DNA from: Octopus vulgaris
Taxonomy: Eukaryota
Length of the DNA: 64,000 bases
Reading direction: 5' to 3'
NCBI GenBank assembly: GCA_951406725.2
Contig: OX597815.1
Location: 178,808,001-178,872,000 of the forward strand
Part shown: positions 36,201 to 47,367 of the stretch, one piece after another
Layout of the letters: each line of letters starts with the position of its first letter
How positions within the stretch are numbered: the stretch's first letter is position 1
Notes under the pieces: generated by a model
Seen by the model: the letters and a program-made list of their open reading frames with translations, nothing else
Told to the model about the DNA's origin: nothing
Database searches by the model: none
Program-made: the position numbers and the translations under genes

Positions 36201-39200
36201 CCGTGATGAAAAATACTCCTCCAGTACTGTTCTGACCTCGTCAACAGAATTCATATTTTTTCCGTCCAAATGATTTTGAAGACTGCCGAATAAATGATAA
36301 TCAGATGGGGTAATGTCTGGCGAATATGGTGGATGGGGCATCATTCCCCATTCAAACTGCTCCAGCCTTTGGAATGTCATCCTTCCAGAATGTGGCTGAG
36401 CATTATCCTGATGGAAGAACACCTTTTGTCTTGAAACCAAAAATAATTGTTTTTCTTGTGCTGGTGTCAATGAATGGTTGAATGACCAAATCCAAGCTTC
36501 TCTGCTAGTTCCTCAACAGTTATGATGGGATTTTGTTCCTCCAGGACTTATTCTTTGTAAACCTAGTACTTATTTTATTGGGTCCTTTTGCCGAACTGCT
36601 AAGTTACAAGGATGTAAACACACCATCATTGGTTGTCAAGCGATGGTGGGGAACAAACACAAACACAGACACAAACAACAAACATACATATATATATACA
36701 ACAGGTTTCTTTCAGTTTCCATCTACCAAATCCACCCACAAGGCTTTGGTCAGCCTGAGGCTATAGTAGAAGACACTTGCTCAAGGTGCCACACAATGGG
36801 ACTGAACCCAGAACCATGTGGTTGGGAAGTAAGCTTCTTACCATACAACTACTCCTGCACCTATAATTAAATATTATTTGAAATTGCAGAGAAGAATCGT
36901 TAAAATATTGTGTTTTGTAGAAGTATAAACAGTTTATTGCACACAGTTTTAACAACGATTCTTAATCCCCCCCTCCCCATGGTCATATGGACCCTAGTTG
37001 AATCCCATTGGTTTAGTTCCTGACTAAAGTGAATACCTTGTCATATTTAATTCTGCCCCTTTATGTTCTTTATTGAAATGCTGTTGGAATTGAATTAAAA
37101 GGGTAACATTTTATTTATCTGGGGTTGATAAAATAAGGGACCACTCAACAGATGGGGCGAGTAATGGCTTTGGGTCCAAGTCAGACATGATTGTTGTTCT
37201 CTTTGAGAGCAGGTAAATCACTAAGGTATACTGGAGGCGCTCGTAAGCATCCGAATTTCAAAATTTTGCTGTTATCAATTCCTGTACAAGCCAAAGTTTT
37301 GCTTTTGTCCAAAGAAGATAAATAAAGTACATACCAGTGATATACTAGGTCAATTCAATGAACTATAGTCTCTTGTGTCCCAAACAGGGTTTACTGTTAG
37401 AAACTTTCTTATTGCTGGCCACTTGACCATGAAGAGAAAAAAAATAGAACTTGTTTTCTGCTTGACGGGCGAACCGGAGCAAGCAGAGTTATCTACCTTG
37501 CCCAGCTACACTAAGATAAGCGATTATATTGCTGACTGTTACAGAAACATCCGACCAGACGGTGTACTCACCGCCGGGCATCTACCATACTCTGAACGCT
37601 TTGCATCCCTGGGCATGGACACATCAAAGCTCTGATGTCTGGCAACAGACTTGGCAGACACCCACGAGATTATCCATAATCTTTCCATCGACAACCTTGG
37701 CCACTCTTTTGAATTCCATATGACTAACGCTTGTGGACATGTTTAAAGAATCAAGAAGCAACACAGACCCCATGACTTTTAGGAACATCTTCAGAATTTC
37801 TAAAGCATGGAATAAACTACCCCCAACAGTTGTTAGCTGTTGCTTCTTGAAATTTATGAACAGTATGCTTCCTTGAGATTCACCAACACTACACCTGATT
37901 TTCTCCTCTCCATACACACGCAAGCATGTATCTGACTCATACACTGTTCGCTTTCCAGACATTTGTACATTACTGCATATGCTTTATACGCACTTTTGAC
38001 AAGTTGTGGTGCACCTGAGCACTGTATGCAATAATTTCATTATTATTATAGTATGCCTGATGCTAACCCCACTCTTTATTTTAAATGACTCATTCACTGT
38101 TCACTTATGGTGCATTTATTCTCTGTACCATTCAGGCCCTTTTTGGCTACTTTTTATGATGAATAGCGCTGCACCTGAGTATTGTATGCAATAAATTCAT
38201 TCTTATTACTCTTACAAAAGTGGTGAGCTGGCAAAACCATTAGCACACCAGGAGAAATGCTTAGCAGCATTTTGTCTGTCTTCAGGTCCCAGTTCAAAGT
38301 GTCTTGTGTCTTTAGTAGAAAGGATTATTATTATTATTGTTATTGTTATTATTATTCATCGTTTAACATCCATTTTTCATGCTGACATGCGTTTGATGGT
38401 TTGACTGGGGTCTGGAAAGCCATGGAGGCTGCACCAGGCACCAGTCTGATCTGGCAATGTTTCTACAGCTGGATGACCTTCCTAATGCCAACCATTCTGA
38501 GAGTGTAGTGGGTGCTTTTCACGTGATACTGGCACGGGAGCCAGTCAAGGCGGTGCTGGCATTGGCCATGTTTGGATGGTGCTTTTTATGTGGCATGGCA
38601 CAGAAGCCCTTGAGGCAAGGGGGCTGGCATCGACCACATCCAGATGGTGCTTTTTATGTGCCACCAGCACAGAGACCACAACCACAATTTCTATTTGATT
38701 GTAATATGATTTGATGTTGATGTACTTGACTCAATAGGTCTCCTCAAGCACGGCATGTTACCCTATAATCCAAGGTACTTTTTGAGTGGGCTGGTTATAT
38801 TAAGGATTGTTATTATTCTTACAAGATTTCCATTGCTTGATGTAATTTGTTGCAACACTATAACACGGTGCCAGGAAAGATACCTTGGAATGACGCCCCC
38901 CCCCCTCATTACACCTCATTTTAGGGATGAAGCTTTAGAATTTTCAGGAAATACTGGATAAAAGTTACAACATTCATTCCTTTTCCCAGGAAAAAGGGCA
39001 GTAGTCATTTTTCAGCCTGGAATTAAAATTGCCGATTCAGCTGGCCAGAGCTTTACACTAATGTATTACAGTTCTAATTGAATACAGATATAAATATTAG
39101 TACAGTGGTTAAGAGTGCAGGCTACTGACCCCAAGATTCTGAGTTCAATTCCAGGCAGTGACTTTAATAATAATAATAATAATAATAGTGATAACAACAA

Positions 39201-42200
39201 CATCGGAAAAATACCATAGCAATGAGAACCCGGGTTTGAAATTACCCCAGGACACCTGATGAAAGCTGGAGAGTTTATCAGCTGAAACGTGTTAACAACA
39301 AAAGATGAGGACAAATGTCCGTTAAATGTAAATGATGCACATAATTCCTCATCTCTTAAATATAGAACTGAATAATAATAATAACATCAAAAATTACCTT
39401 GGAAATGAGAACCAATGTTCGAAATTTCCCCAGATACCTGATGAAGGCTGGAGGGTATATCAGCCGAAACGTTAATATCCGTCAAATGTAAATAATGTAC
39501 ATAATTCCTCATCTCTTAAATATAGAACTGAATAATAATAATAATAATAATAACATCGAAAAATACCTTAGGAATGAGAACCTAGGTTTGAAATTTCCCC
39601 AAGACATCTGATGAAGGTTTGAGATTTCCCCAAGACATCTGATGAAGGTTGGAGCTGAAACGTTAATATCCGTCAAATGTAAATAATGTACATAATTCTT
39701 CATCTCTTAAATATAGAACTGAATAATAATAATAATAATAATAACATCGAAAAATACCTTAGGAATGAGAACCCAGGTTCGAAATTTCCCCAAGACACCA
39801 GATGAAGGCTGGAGTGTATATCAGCCGAAACGTGTTAATAACAAACAAGACGAGGACAAATATCTGTCAAATGTAAATAATGATTCCTTATTTCTGAATT
39901 GGCTTTGGTAATATCCTTTCCCATAAAATATAAATATTAGTGTCAAGACAAATAATACAGATTGATGATTGTAAATCCTTACGTATACTTTTTCAGAAAC
40001 GAACATTCTGAAGGGCACAGCCGTTTCTTTCTCAACTCCCCGTACAGAAGCCGGTATTTATTGGGGTTATACTGTGAGAATGGCTGATAGCTTGAGCTCT
40101 GTGATCACTGAGTGTCCTTATGAAGAGGGTTACGACACCATCATTGGAACATCTGATAAAGGAACGAGTGTTGATGAATTAAAGCTAGAAAAATTTAGGT
40201 TTGTCTTGTACTTCTTTTTGAAATATAATAACTCTATTATGTGTTATGGGTAGTGAAGATGTGTGGCATAGTGGTTGGGGTATTTGGCTCACATTTATTA
40301 GGTTGTGAGTTCAATTCCCAGCAGTGTTTTGTGTCCTTGAGCAAGACACTTTATTTCATTGAGATGTGTGTGGTTACACTGTCCAGTGCAGTTAGTCTTG
40401 CTGCCACCAGATAGTATGAAATCCATGGTTTCAGTCCTGTCATTGGACTTGTTCCTCACGGGTTGTAGAGAGTAGAATTGGTAAGGCGATGGACAAAAAT
40501 ACCTTGTGGTATTTGATACTTTTACATTCTGATTTCAAATCCTGGCCTAGGTTAAATTTGTCTTTCATCTTTTGAAGGCCAATAAAAAGTACCTGTCATA
40601 AATATCTGCCTCTTATGCTAAAAACAATTATTTAACTCTTTAGCATTCAGGTGTTTGTAATTAACCGAGCATTCACCTCATGCCTTTGAGATTTCAATGA
40701 TGTCATCATCATCATCGTTTAACGCCCATTTTCCATGCTGGCATGGGTTGGACTGTTTGACTGAGAGAGCCAGCAGCTGGACCAGGTTCTAATCTGATCT
40801 GGCAATGTTTCTACAACTGGATGCCCTTCCTAATGCCAACCACTCCAAGAGTGTAGTCAGTGCTTTTTACGTGCCACCGGCACAGGAGCCAGTCAGGCGG
40901 CCCTGGCATCAATCACATTAGGATAGTGCTTTTTATGTGCCACCGGCATGGGGCACTGGCATTGGCCACTTTTGGATGGCACTTTTTACATGCCACCAGC
41001 ACGGGAGCCGGCCTGGCATTGATTACATTTGGATAATACTTTTTACATGTCACCGGCACAGGAGTCAGTCAGGGGATACTGGCATCAACCACATTCGGAT
41101 AATGCATTTTATGTGCCACTGGAACAGGAGCCAGTCAGGGGGCACTGGCCATGGCTACGACTTTGGTTTTACTTGACTCAACAGGTCTTCTCAAGCATAT
41201 CATATCACCCAATGCATCAAGGGTCCTCTTAAATGGGCCGGACATGCAACAGTGACATCGGCCATGGCTGCAATCTCATTTTAGTTGCTGGGTCTTCTCA
41301 ATCACAACATATCTCCAAAGGTCTTGGTCTCTTGTCATTGCTTCTGTGAGGCTAATTGTTTAATTTTAGAAGGATATATTAGGTTTAGTGCGAGAGGCTG
41401 ATTTGAACATAAAACAAATTGAAGGGTTGAAGGGTTGCAGAATCCTTTGTATGTCACAAAAACATGCCTTGTGGCATTTGTTGTGGTTCTTTATATTCTG
41501 AGTTCGAATCTTGTCAAGCTCTACTTTGTTGATCATCCCCCTGAGGTTGATAAAATAGAGATACCAGTCAAATACTAGGGTTGATATTCACTGATCCCCT
41601 TCCTCCCTATTGTGCTAGAGCCCTGTGCCTATTTTAGAAACTATAATTATTATTATTATTATATATTATTGTATCAGAGTATTGACCAGACTATCAGATG
41701 TTGTTATACATTGCTGGTCACAATGCGCTTCACATTGTTTTACCTCTTGAATGATGCCACCCCACTGGCACGAGCAGCAGGCCAACATTTCCCCTGATTG
41801 GAAGGCTAGTCCATTGCAGTTGGGTTGGACTGGAGCAATGTGAAGTGAAGTATTTTGCTCAAGAACACAATGCACCACCCAGTGCAGAAATTGAACCCAC
41901 AATCTAGCAGTTGTGAGTGCAACACCCTAACCATCAGGCCACAGAGATGATAAAGCCATTCTCTGTCTAGATTCAGAGTTCAAATATCTGAGACCAGAAA
42001 CTTTAGCTTTCATCCCTCTCTACTTGGTAAAATATATACAAAGGATAGGCTAAAATTGGTTTAACTCACTACATCCATCTCATACGACCATTTAGCTTAA
42101 CCCTTATGTTACTGTATTTATTTTGAAATGCTCTGTGTTGGCATTAGGAAGGGCGTCCAGCTGTAGGAACACTGCCAGATCAGACTGGAGCCTGGTGCAG

Positions 42201-43238
42201 CCTCCTGGCTTCCGAGACCCCAGTCGAACCGTCCAACCCATGCTAGCATGGAAAACGGACGTTAAACGATGATGATGATGAACAAAGAATTTAGTAAAAT
42301 AACTTAGTTATCATTAAGTTAGTGTTAGGAACATAAATTGTGACTAAGGTTTGGTGGAAGATTTTAATTCAAGACTTATGAAAACAAGGTATTTGTACTC
42401 AGAGCCAGAGCTGGTTTCAGCCAGGTTGGTATCAAAAGGGTTAATGCCTAATATTTTGCATACTGTCTACTTTCATTCTATAGTTTACTGTAATCACTTG
42501 TTATGATGCTAAACCATTCACATTTTTGTCATAAAAATGATACTAGAATGGGTTCAATATTCCTATGAAGCCGAGATTTCACAAATTTTCTTCTAAGAGA
42601 TTCTACTTTTGCAGTAGAGATCAATGCAGTGTTCCTGACTTACCATTTAAAAAAATTATGTTGTACTTCTCCACACCATTGTTAATATATATATACGAAA
42701 ATCTCATGAGAGAAGTACCTGTTCTTTTCAACACGTCCAGTTTTCTATTTTGATCTAGTTATACAAATTCATATCTAAATACCTATTACAGAAAAAAAAA
42801 AAAGAATTATAATTAATATATGACACCATTCCATTATCATTAAGGGAGCTATTATTTTTATTCCTCTTGTTATTTGACTGTCATCTAGGCATGCTTTGGT
42901 GGTGTTTGGTGGCTTACAAGGCCTGGAAGCTAGTCTGGAAGCTGACGCCAAATTAACAGTGGATAACCCTAGATACTTATTTCACTATTATTTGAACACC
43001 TGTCCAAACCAAGGAAGTCGTACAATACGTACAGAGGTAATTTTTTTCCTTTTTTTCTTTCTTTCTTTCTTTTTACCCCCTTCACACAATAACAATCTCC
43101 ATTCTTGGGGCTTTTATTATCAGACAAAGTTCTAAACCGGAGGTGGCAAACCTGTGATTTTAAGGCCTGATGCAGCTTTCTGAAGGGCCAATTACAGCTT
43201 TCTGAAAGGAGTACATTTGAGGGAAATCATTTTATGGG

Positions 43239-43269
<31 letters not shown>

Positions 43270-46200
43270 GTTTAGCGTCCACTTTCCATGCTAGCATGGG
43301 TTGGACGGTTCAACTGGGGTCTGGGAAGCCAGAAGGCTGCACCAGGCCCAGTCTGATCTGGCAATGTTTCTACGGCTGGATGCCCTTCCTAACGCCAACC
43401 ACTCCATGAGTGTAGTGGGTGCTTTTTACGTGTCACCGGCACAGGTGCCAGACGAGTCTGGCAAACGGCCACGATCGGATGGTGCTTTTTATGTGCCACC
43501 AGCACAAGGGCCTGGCGAGGCTGGCAACGGCCACGAACGGATGGTGCTTTTTATGTGCCACCGGCACAAGGCCAGTCGGGGCTGCGCTACAGGTGCCAGA
43601 CGAGTCTGGCAATCGGCATTTTATGGGAATATATTTTTAATTTAATTTATTTGAAGCCTGTCTTTTCAGCTAACTGTGTATTTCAGAATCAACTTTTTTA
43701 TAATTGCTTATCTGGTCTTGGTGCCATGTAAAAAGTAGTGCCACATAAAAAGCACTCGTGTCATTGCCATGAAAAGGCACCTGTGCTGGTGCCATGCAAA
43801 AGCCTAGTACACTTTGTGAAGTGGTTGGCGTTAGGAAGGACATCTACCTATATAAACTATGCCAAAACAGACAATCAGAATCTGGTGCAGCTCCTGGCCT
43901 TGTCAGCTTCAGTCAAACCGTCCAACCCATGCCAGCATGGAAAATGGACATTAAACGATGATGATGATGACGATTGAAGAATCTATTGAGACGTTTTGTA
44001 GTTGTTTTTATCTCTTTTTTGAAAATATTTCCACCCTTGCTGCTCCTGCTTTGTTTTAATAATGGTAGAAGGCATAGAAACACAATAATCTTTTTTTTTT
44101 TATTATACTGGTTGAAGGGGGTTAGGGTCCATATCTTGCTTATATCTACCATTTTTTGACGTGGCTTCTACAGCTTGATGCCCTTCCTAATGCCAACCAC
44201 TTTACAAACTGCACTGTGTGCCTGTGCCATGTAGAAATCACCCAGTGGAGCACTCTGTAAAATGGTTGGCATTGGGAAGGGCATCCAGCTGTAGAAACCA
44301 ACCCCAAACAGACTATGGGACCCAGTGGAGAGAAAGTACTTTTGATGGAATGTGAAGCTACATTTACTTTTTTTTTCTTTTTGCAATAACTTTTCAGTTA
44401 GGAACCAACACTTTGGCATTTCTTCATTTGGCTCCCACACTCTATAATCTGGTAATTTAAGTAAACTAGGCAGAGAATCAGAGCGCCATATAGTATGATA
44501 GAACACAGAAGTAAGTACATTATTTACATTTGATGGATATTTGTTAACGCGTTTTGGCTGATATACCCCTCCAGCCAAGTATCTTGGGGAAATTTCCTAA
44601 GGTATTTTTCGATATTATTATTATTACAATTATTATTATTATTCAAGTCACTCAGAATCTTGGGGTTAGTAGCCCACGCTCTTAACCACTATGCCATATG
44701 CCTGTGGGCAATTATGGAGTGAATTTTAGGGCTTATAAATCTAATATTTTCCTATCCTTCCGAGTTTGATTCCAGGCAGTAACCTGAATAATAATAATAA
44801 TAATAATAACAACAACAACATTGAAAAAAAAATACCTTAGGCATGAGAACCCAGGTTTGAAATTTCCCCAAGACCCCTGATGAAGGCTGGAGAGTATATC
44901 AGCTGAAACGTGTTGACAACAAACAAGATGAGGCCAAATATCTGTCAAACGTAAATAATGTAAATAATGTACATAATTCCTCATCTCTAAAATATAGAAC
45001 TGTACAGAAGTAAGTAGTTGACTGTGAGAGCAATCATGAGGTTTAGTGAAAAACAACATGGGTGACTCATTGCATGGAGTTGATAGCTAACCCTGTTGAC
45101 TGCTGGTTGTGGCAGCAAAGACAATGTGTTGAAAACATTAATGGAATTTCCACTTCTGTTTGTAACAAATGGTTTCTTTTTTTTTTGTGTGTGTGAAAGA
45201 AAGTCTGTATGAAGCATGGTGCAGCCTGTTGAGGATGGATGGACGTTGGATGCTGAAGATATGTGGAGGGTAAAGAGAAATGGGGTTTGAGCTTGATCCA
45301 TTTGATGTGTGATGCTAGTTGTCATGAGTGGCTGATCACTAATGTGCTGAGGGTGTGGCTGGGCCGTGCACATCATCATCATCATTTACTGTCTTCCTTC
45401 CATTCAGGCATGGGTTCTACATTTTAGTGTCGAGATCTGGCAAGGCCAAGAGCCATACCTGGCTTCATTGGTTGCTTTGGAACGGTTTCTATGGCTAGAT
45501 CATCATCATCATCGTTTAACGTCCGTTTTCCAAGCCAGCATGGGTTGGACGGTTCGACCGGGGTCTGGGAAGCCAGGGGGCTGTACCAGGCTCCAGTCTG
45601 ATCTGGCAGTGTTTCTACAGCTGGATGCCCTTCCTAATGCCAACCACTCCGAGTGTGTAGTGGGTGCTTTTTATGTGCCAGGACTGGCTGGCAGTGGCCA
45701 CAATCGATTGGTGCTTTTTACATGCCACCGGCACGGAAGACAATCAAGGTGGCGCTGGCATCGGCCACGTTCAGATAGTGCTTTTTATGTGCCACTGGCA
45801 CAGGTATCACAACTACAATTTCCATTTGATATTTATTTTGATATTGATGTACTTGAAATCAACATCAAAATAAATATCAAATGGAAATTTTTTTATATGC
45901 CCTTCCTAATTCCAACCATTTTACAGAGTGGACTAAGTGCTTAAATCTGTTGGCTTGTAACATCAACAATTTCCCATTCTGCTATTGAAGCTGTGCTGTA
46001 ATTCGTTTCCCTCAGTGATGTAACCGTTACTTGAAGCTGGTGTAGAATCAATAAAAATAATTAAGTGCCTGGAGTGGTTGGCGTTAGAAAGGGCATCCAG
46101 CTGTAGAAACATTGCCAGATCAGATTGGAGCCTGGTGCAGCCGCTGGCTCTTCAGACTTCAGTCAAACTGTCCAACCCGCGCCAGCATGGAAAACGGATG

Positions 46201-47038
46201 TTAACCCGTGGCCTCTACATGGGATGTAGCCAGTCCACTTATGCATACCTTTCCTTTTTGGGACACAAAACTCTACTTGTGAAGACCTGTTGAGGCAAGT
46301 GAAAATCAAAATCGAAATCGATCAACATCAATGGAAATTGCAGCTGTGATACCAGTGCCGGTGATACGTAAGAGAACCATCTGAATGTGGCCGTTGCCAG
46401 TGCCGCCCCGACTGGCCTCGTGCTGTTGGCACGTAAAAAGTACCCACTACACTCACGGAGTGGTTGGCGTTAGGAAGGGCATCCAGCCATAGAAACATTG
46501 CCAGATCAGACTGGGCCTGGTGCAGCCTTCTGGCTTCCCAGACCCCAGTTGAACCGTCCAACCCATGCTAGCATGGAAAGCGGATGCTAAACGATGATGT
46601 TGATGATGATTTGTCAACTGTTTTATTGACCTATATTCATTGAGTAAAATCCACAGAAATATTTGAGTTGAACAAGGTGAATGAGTAAGCACTGCATCCC
46701 ACAGTAGGATGGAGTTTGTGCTAGACTTTCCTGTGACAATGGGGGGGGGGGAATCACCCTTCACTGAATCAGCAAATTAAGTGGGTGATGGGAGTGACAT
46801 GGCAGATGGATGTTAAATGAGGATGATGATGATGACTTATAAAAGATGGTTAATAAGTTTTAACAATATAGAAACTGTGTAACTATACACGGTATGCAAG
46901 TATTTATATAAACATGAGTTCAACTTTGAACTGACTTTTGTACTACTTCCACTCTTTTTTTTTTTTTTTCGGTTACAGGAAGCCATTCTAATAACGATGT
47001 CAGCTTTAAGACCCAAAATAGATCTGGCCCAGAGATGA
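19215..47038 (+). CDS. SPOUT1: SPOUT-domain methyltransferase SPOUT1/C9orf114 homologue; 11 coding exons, 1155 nt, 384 aa (whole-gene span)
   Basis: Manually joined exons with GT-AG boundaries and matching phases: 19215-19313, 24064-24097, 29027-29152, 29797-29885, 31009-31079, 32517-32641, 34212-34342, 35622-35691, 39997-40198, 42889-43036, 46979-47038. Family motifs present: IALPGSILDNAQ, VDEIVVFDE, LQYLECPQY, YREGVV, GIYWGYTVR, IGTSDKG, VVFGGLQGLE, NTCPNQGSRTIRTEEA. Confidence 0.95.
19588..19714. mobile_element. Tc1/mariner-type MITE
   Basis: TA|CAGAGTGTCCACAAAGTTTGGGTACATG...CATGTACCCAGACTTTGTGGACACCCTG|TA. Confidence 0.85.
19735..20405. mobile_element. Old inverted-repeat DNA element
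   Basis: actttgtttcctcataac... / ...gttatgaggaaacaaagt ends with repeated internal gattata-tcggaat motifs; related fragments at ~16735-16945 and 17300-17520. Confidence 0.6.
20689..21090. mobile_element. Foldback element (~165-bp arms) with 15-bp flanking direct repeat
   Basis: Near-perfect palindrome at ~20745-21090; TACAAAAATGCCTGT at 20674-20688 and 21091-21105; second copy at ~53238-53533. Confidence 0.85.
22681..22796. repeat. ~55-bp-arm hairpin followed by (TA)n
   Basis: aaataagaaaatggag.ggatacaaaaa...catcagccagtagacat / atgtctactggctgatg...tttttgtatcc.ctccattttcttattt. Confidence 0.9.
22824..23022 (-). mobile_element. (TA)n-flanked short element with a minimal hammerhead-like motif
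   Basis: TCTTT CTGTTGA AGAGC GTAG GCTC GAAAC ATA AAAGA at 22920-22957(-). Confidence 0.6.
24064..24097 (+). CDS. SPOUT1: SPOUT1 exon 2, 34-nt micro-exon (LQEAMKQKREE)
   Basis: tttttatttgtag| acceptor and |gtaagc donor; bridges phase 0 to phase 1 as exon 3 requires. Confidence 0.75.
25532..25912 (+). mobile_element. Non-autonomous Helitron
   Basis: A|TCTTTATATATAAAA 5' end; CCCG-agcaacgc-CGGG hairpin then CTAG|T 3' end; no TSD. Confidence 0.85.
26680..27360 (+). mobile_element. GC-richer repeat-like segment, probably a LINE 5' region
   Basis: Abrupt rise in GC/CpG with no credible ORF or splice structure; family not identified. Confidence 0.35.
29027..29152 (+). CDS. SPOUT1: SPOUT1 exon 3 (K/E-rich, EPKEKELLEKMK...DGK)
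   Basis: Long polypyrimidine tract, ttttag| acceptor, G|gttgta donor; K/E-rich like the SPOUT1 N-terminus. Confidence 0.85.
29797..29885 (+). CDS. SPOUT1: SPOUT1 exon 4 (RSYTLTIALPGSILDNAQAAVLRTYLVGQ)
   Basis: ttgcag| acceptor, CAG|gtagga donor, conserved motif. Confidence 0.95.
30287..30508. mobile_element. piggyBac-type MITE
   Basis: TTAA|CCCTTTCGTTAC...GTAACGAAAGGG|TTAA; second copy at 42101-42440 interrupted by an RTE 3' end. Confidence 0.85.
31009..31079 (+). CDS. SPOUT1: SPOUT1 exon 5 (VARAAVIFNVDEIVVFDE...)
   Basis: ttgcag| acceptor, AG|gtgagt donor, conserved motif. Confidence 0.95.
31283..31556 (-). mobile_element. RTE-LINE 3' end fused downstream of the U6 pseudogene
   Basis: Same 3' UTR family as 62740-63200; abuts the U6 3' T-run in the same orientation. 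Confidence 0.85.
31559..31655 (-). pseudogene. U6: U6 snRNA pseudogene, about 10 nt 5'-truncated and diverged
   Basis: Minus strand reads ...ACATATACTAAAATCGGAACAATACAGAGAAAATTAGCATGGCCCCAGCACAAGGATGGCACGCAAATTCATGAAGCGTCCCATATTTTT. This matches U6 (ACAGAGA box, AGC triad) with several substitutions. Confidence 0.93.
32517..32641 (+). CDS. SPOUT1: SPOUT1 exon 6 (...RLLQYLECPQYIRKQLFPRHSDLQYA)
   Basis: ccttag| acceptor, G|gtgaga donor, conserved motif. Confidence 0.95.
34212..34342 (+). CDS. SPOUT1: SPOUT1 exon 7 (VLNPVASPHHM...YREGVV...DVGLKK)
   Basis: ttccag| acceptor, AAG|gtaatg donor. Confidence 0.95.
35622..35691 (+). CDS. SPOUT1: SPOUT1 exon 8 (KVLVDQTIPSGQRVTVKLN...)
   Basis: tttttcag| acceptor, A|gtgagt donor, G-x-RVTV motif. 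Confidence 0.92.
36060..36470 (-). mobile_element. mariner transposase 3' fragment
   Basis: HQDNAQPH, PHPPYSPDITPSDYHLF, RWKSIVENKGEY. Confidence 0.92.
37475..38050 (+). mobile_element. CR1/L2-like LINE 3' fragment
   Basis: HLPYSERFASLGM...AWNKLP motifs and an (ATT)n tail; a related fragment lies at ~48560-48940(-). Confidence 0.7.
39100..39895 (+). mobile_element. tRNA-like head followed by 4 tandem hammerhead-like units (~160-200 bp)
   Basis: Head with a gagttcaattcc B-box at ~39100-39165; units end in aatatagaactg at 39370, 39530 and 39721; each carries C(T/A)GATGAA...GAAACGT. Confidence 0.8.
39997..40198 (+). CDS. SPOUT1: SPOUT1 exon 9 (...PRTEAGIYWGYTVR...IGTSDKG...)
   Basis: tttcag| acceptor, AG|gtttgt donor, conserved motifs. 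Confidence 0.95.
42889..43036 (+). CDS. SPOUT1: SPOUT1 exon 10 (HALVVFGGLQGLE...NTCPNQGSRTIRTE)
   Basis: atctag| acceptor, GAG|gtaatt donor; SAM-binding knot region motifs. Confidence 0.96.
44518..45003. mobile_element. Second composite tRNA-head/hammerhead-like element with inverted arms and 13-bp TSD
   Basis: ACAGAAGTAAGTA at 44505-44517 and 45004-45016; same architecture as 2369-2937. Confidence 0.8.
46979..47038 (+). CDS. SPOUT1: SPOUT1 last coding exon (EAILITMSALRPKIDLAQR*)
   Basis: Poly-T tract then ttacag| acceptor; TGA at 47036-47038. Confidence 0.93.
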   Translation, partial: EAILITMSALRPKIDLAQR

Positions 47039-47361
47039 CATTCCTGGAATGAGCAAAGTATTTCTTATGCTGAAGAACTGTTGAACATTTTTTTTGCAAT
47101 AATGTCTCCTTGAAGCTTATATTTTCTATTTATATATATTTTCATACAACTGTTTTTCAATGATCCTGAATGTGTCGAGTGTAAATTATTTCTGAGCAGA
47201 TAAATTTGCTAATTCACCAATTTGCAAAGTTAAGAAGGAAAAAAAAAATCCTTTTCATGTACTTCTCATTTCATTTACATAACAAAAGAAATTTTCTTTT
47301 TTCTTTATCATCAAAGGTCAACGTTCTGTTGTATTAAACAAAGAAGAATGATGTTATTTTA

Positions 47362-47367
47362 AATAAA
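47362..47367 (+). terminator. Candidate polyadenylation signal of SPOUT1
   Basis: AATAAA about 325 nt after the stop codon in an AT-rich, repeat-free 3' UTR; an ATTAAA lies near 47333. Confidence 0.4.

Noticed and set aside
47036-47113. Stop-codon readthrough extension of SPOUT1 (TGA CAT...)
   Set aside because: Not a strong readthrough context; a short open frame is expected by chance.
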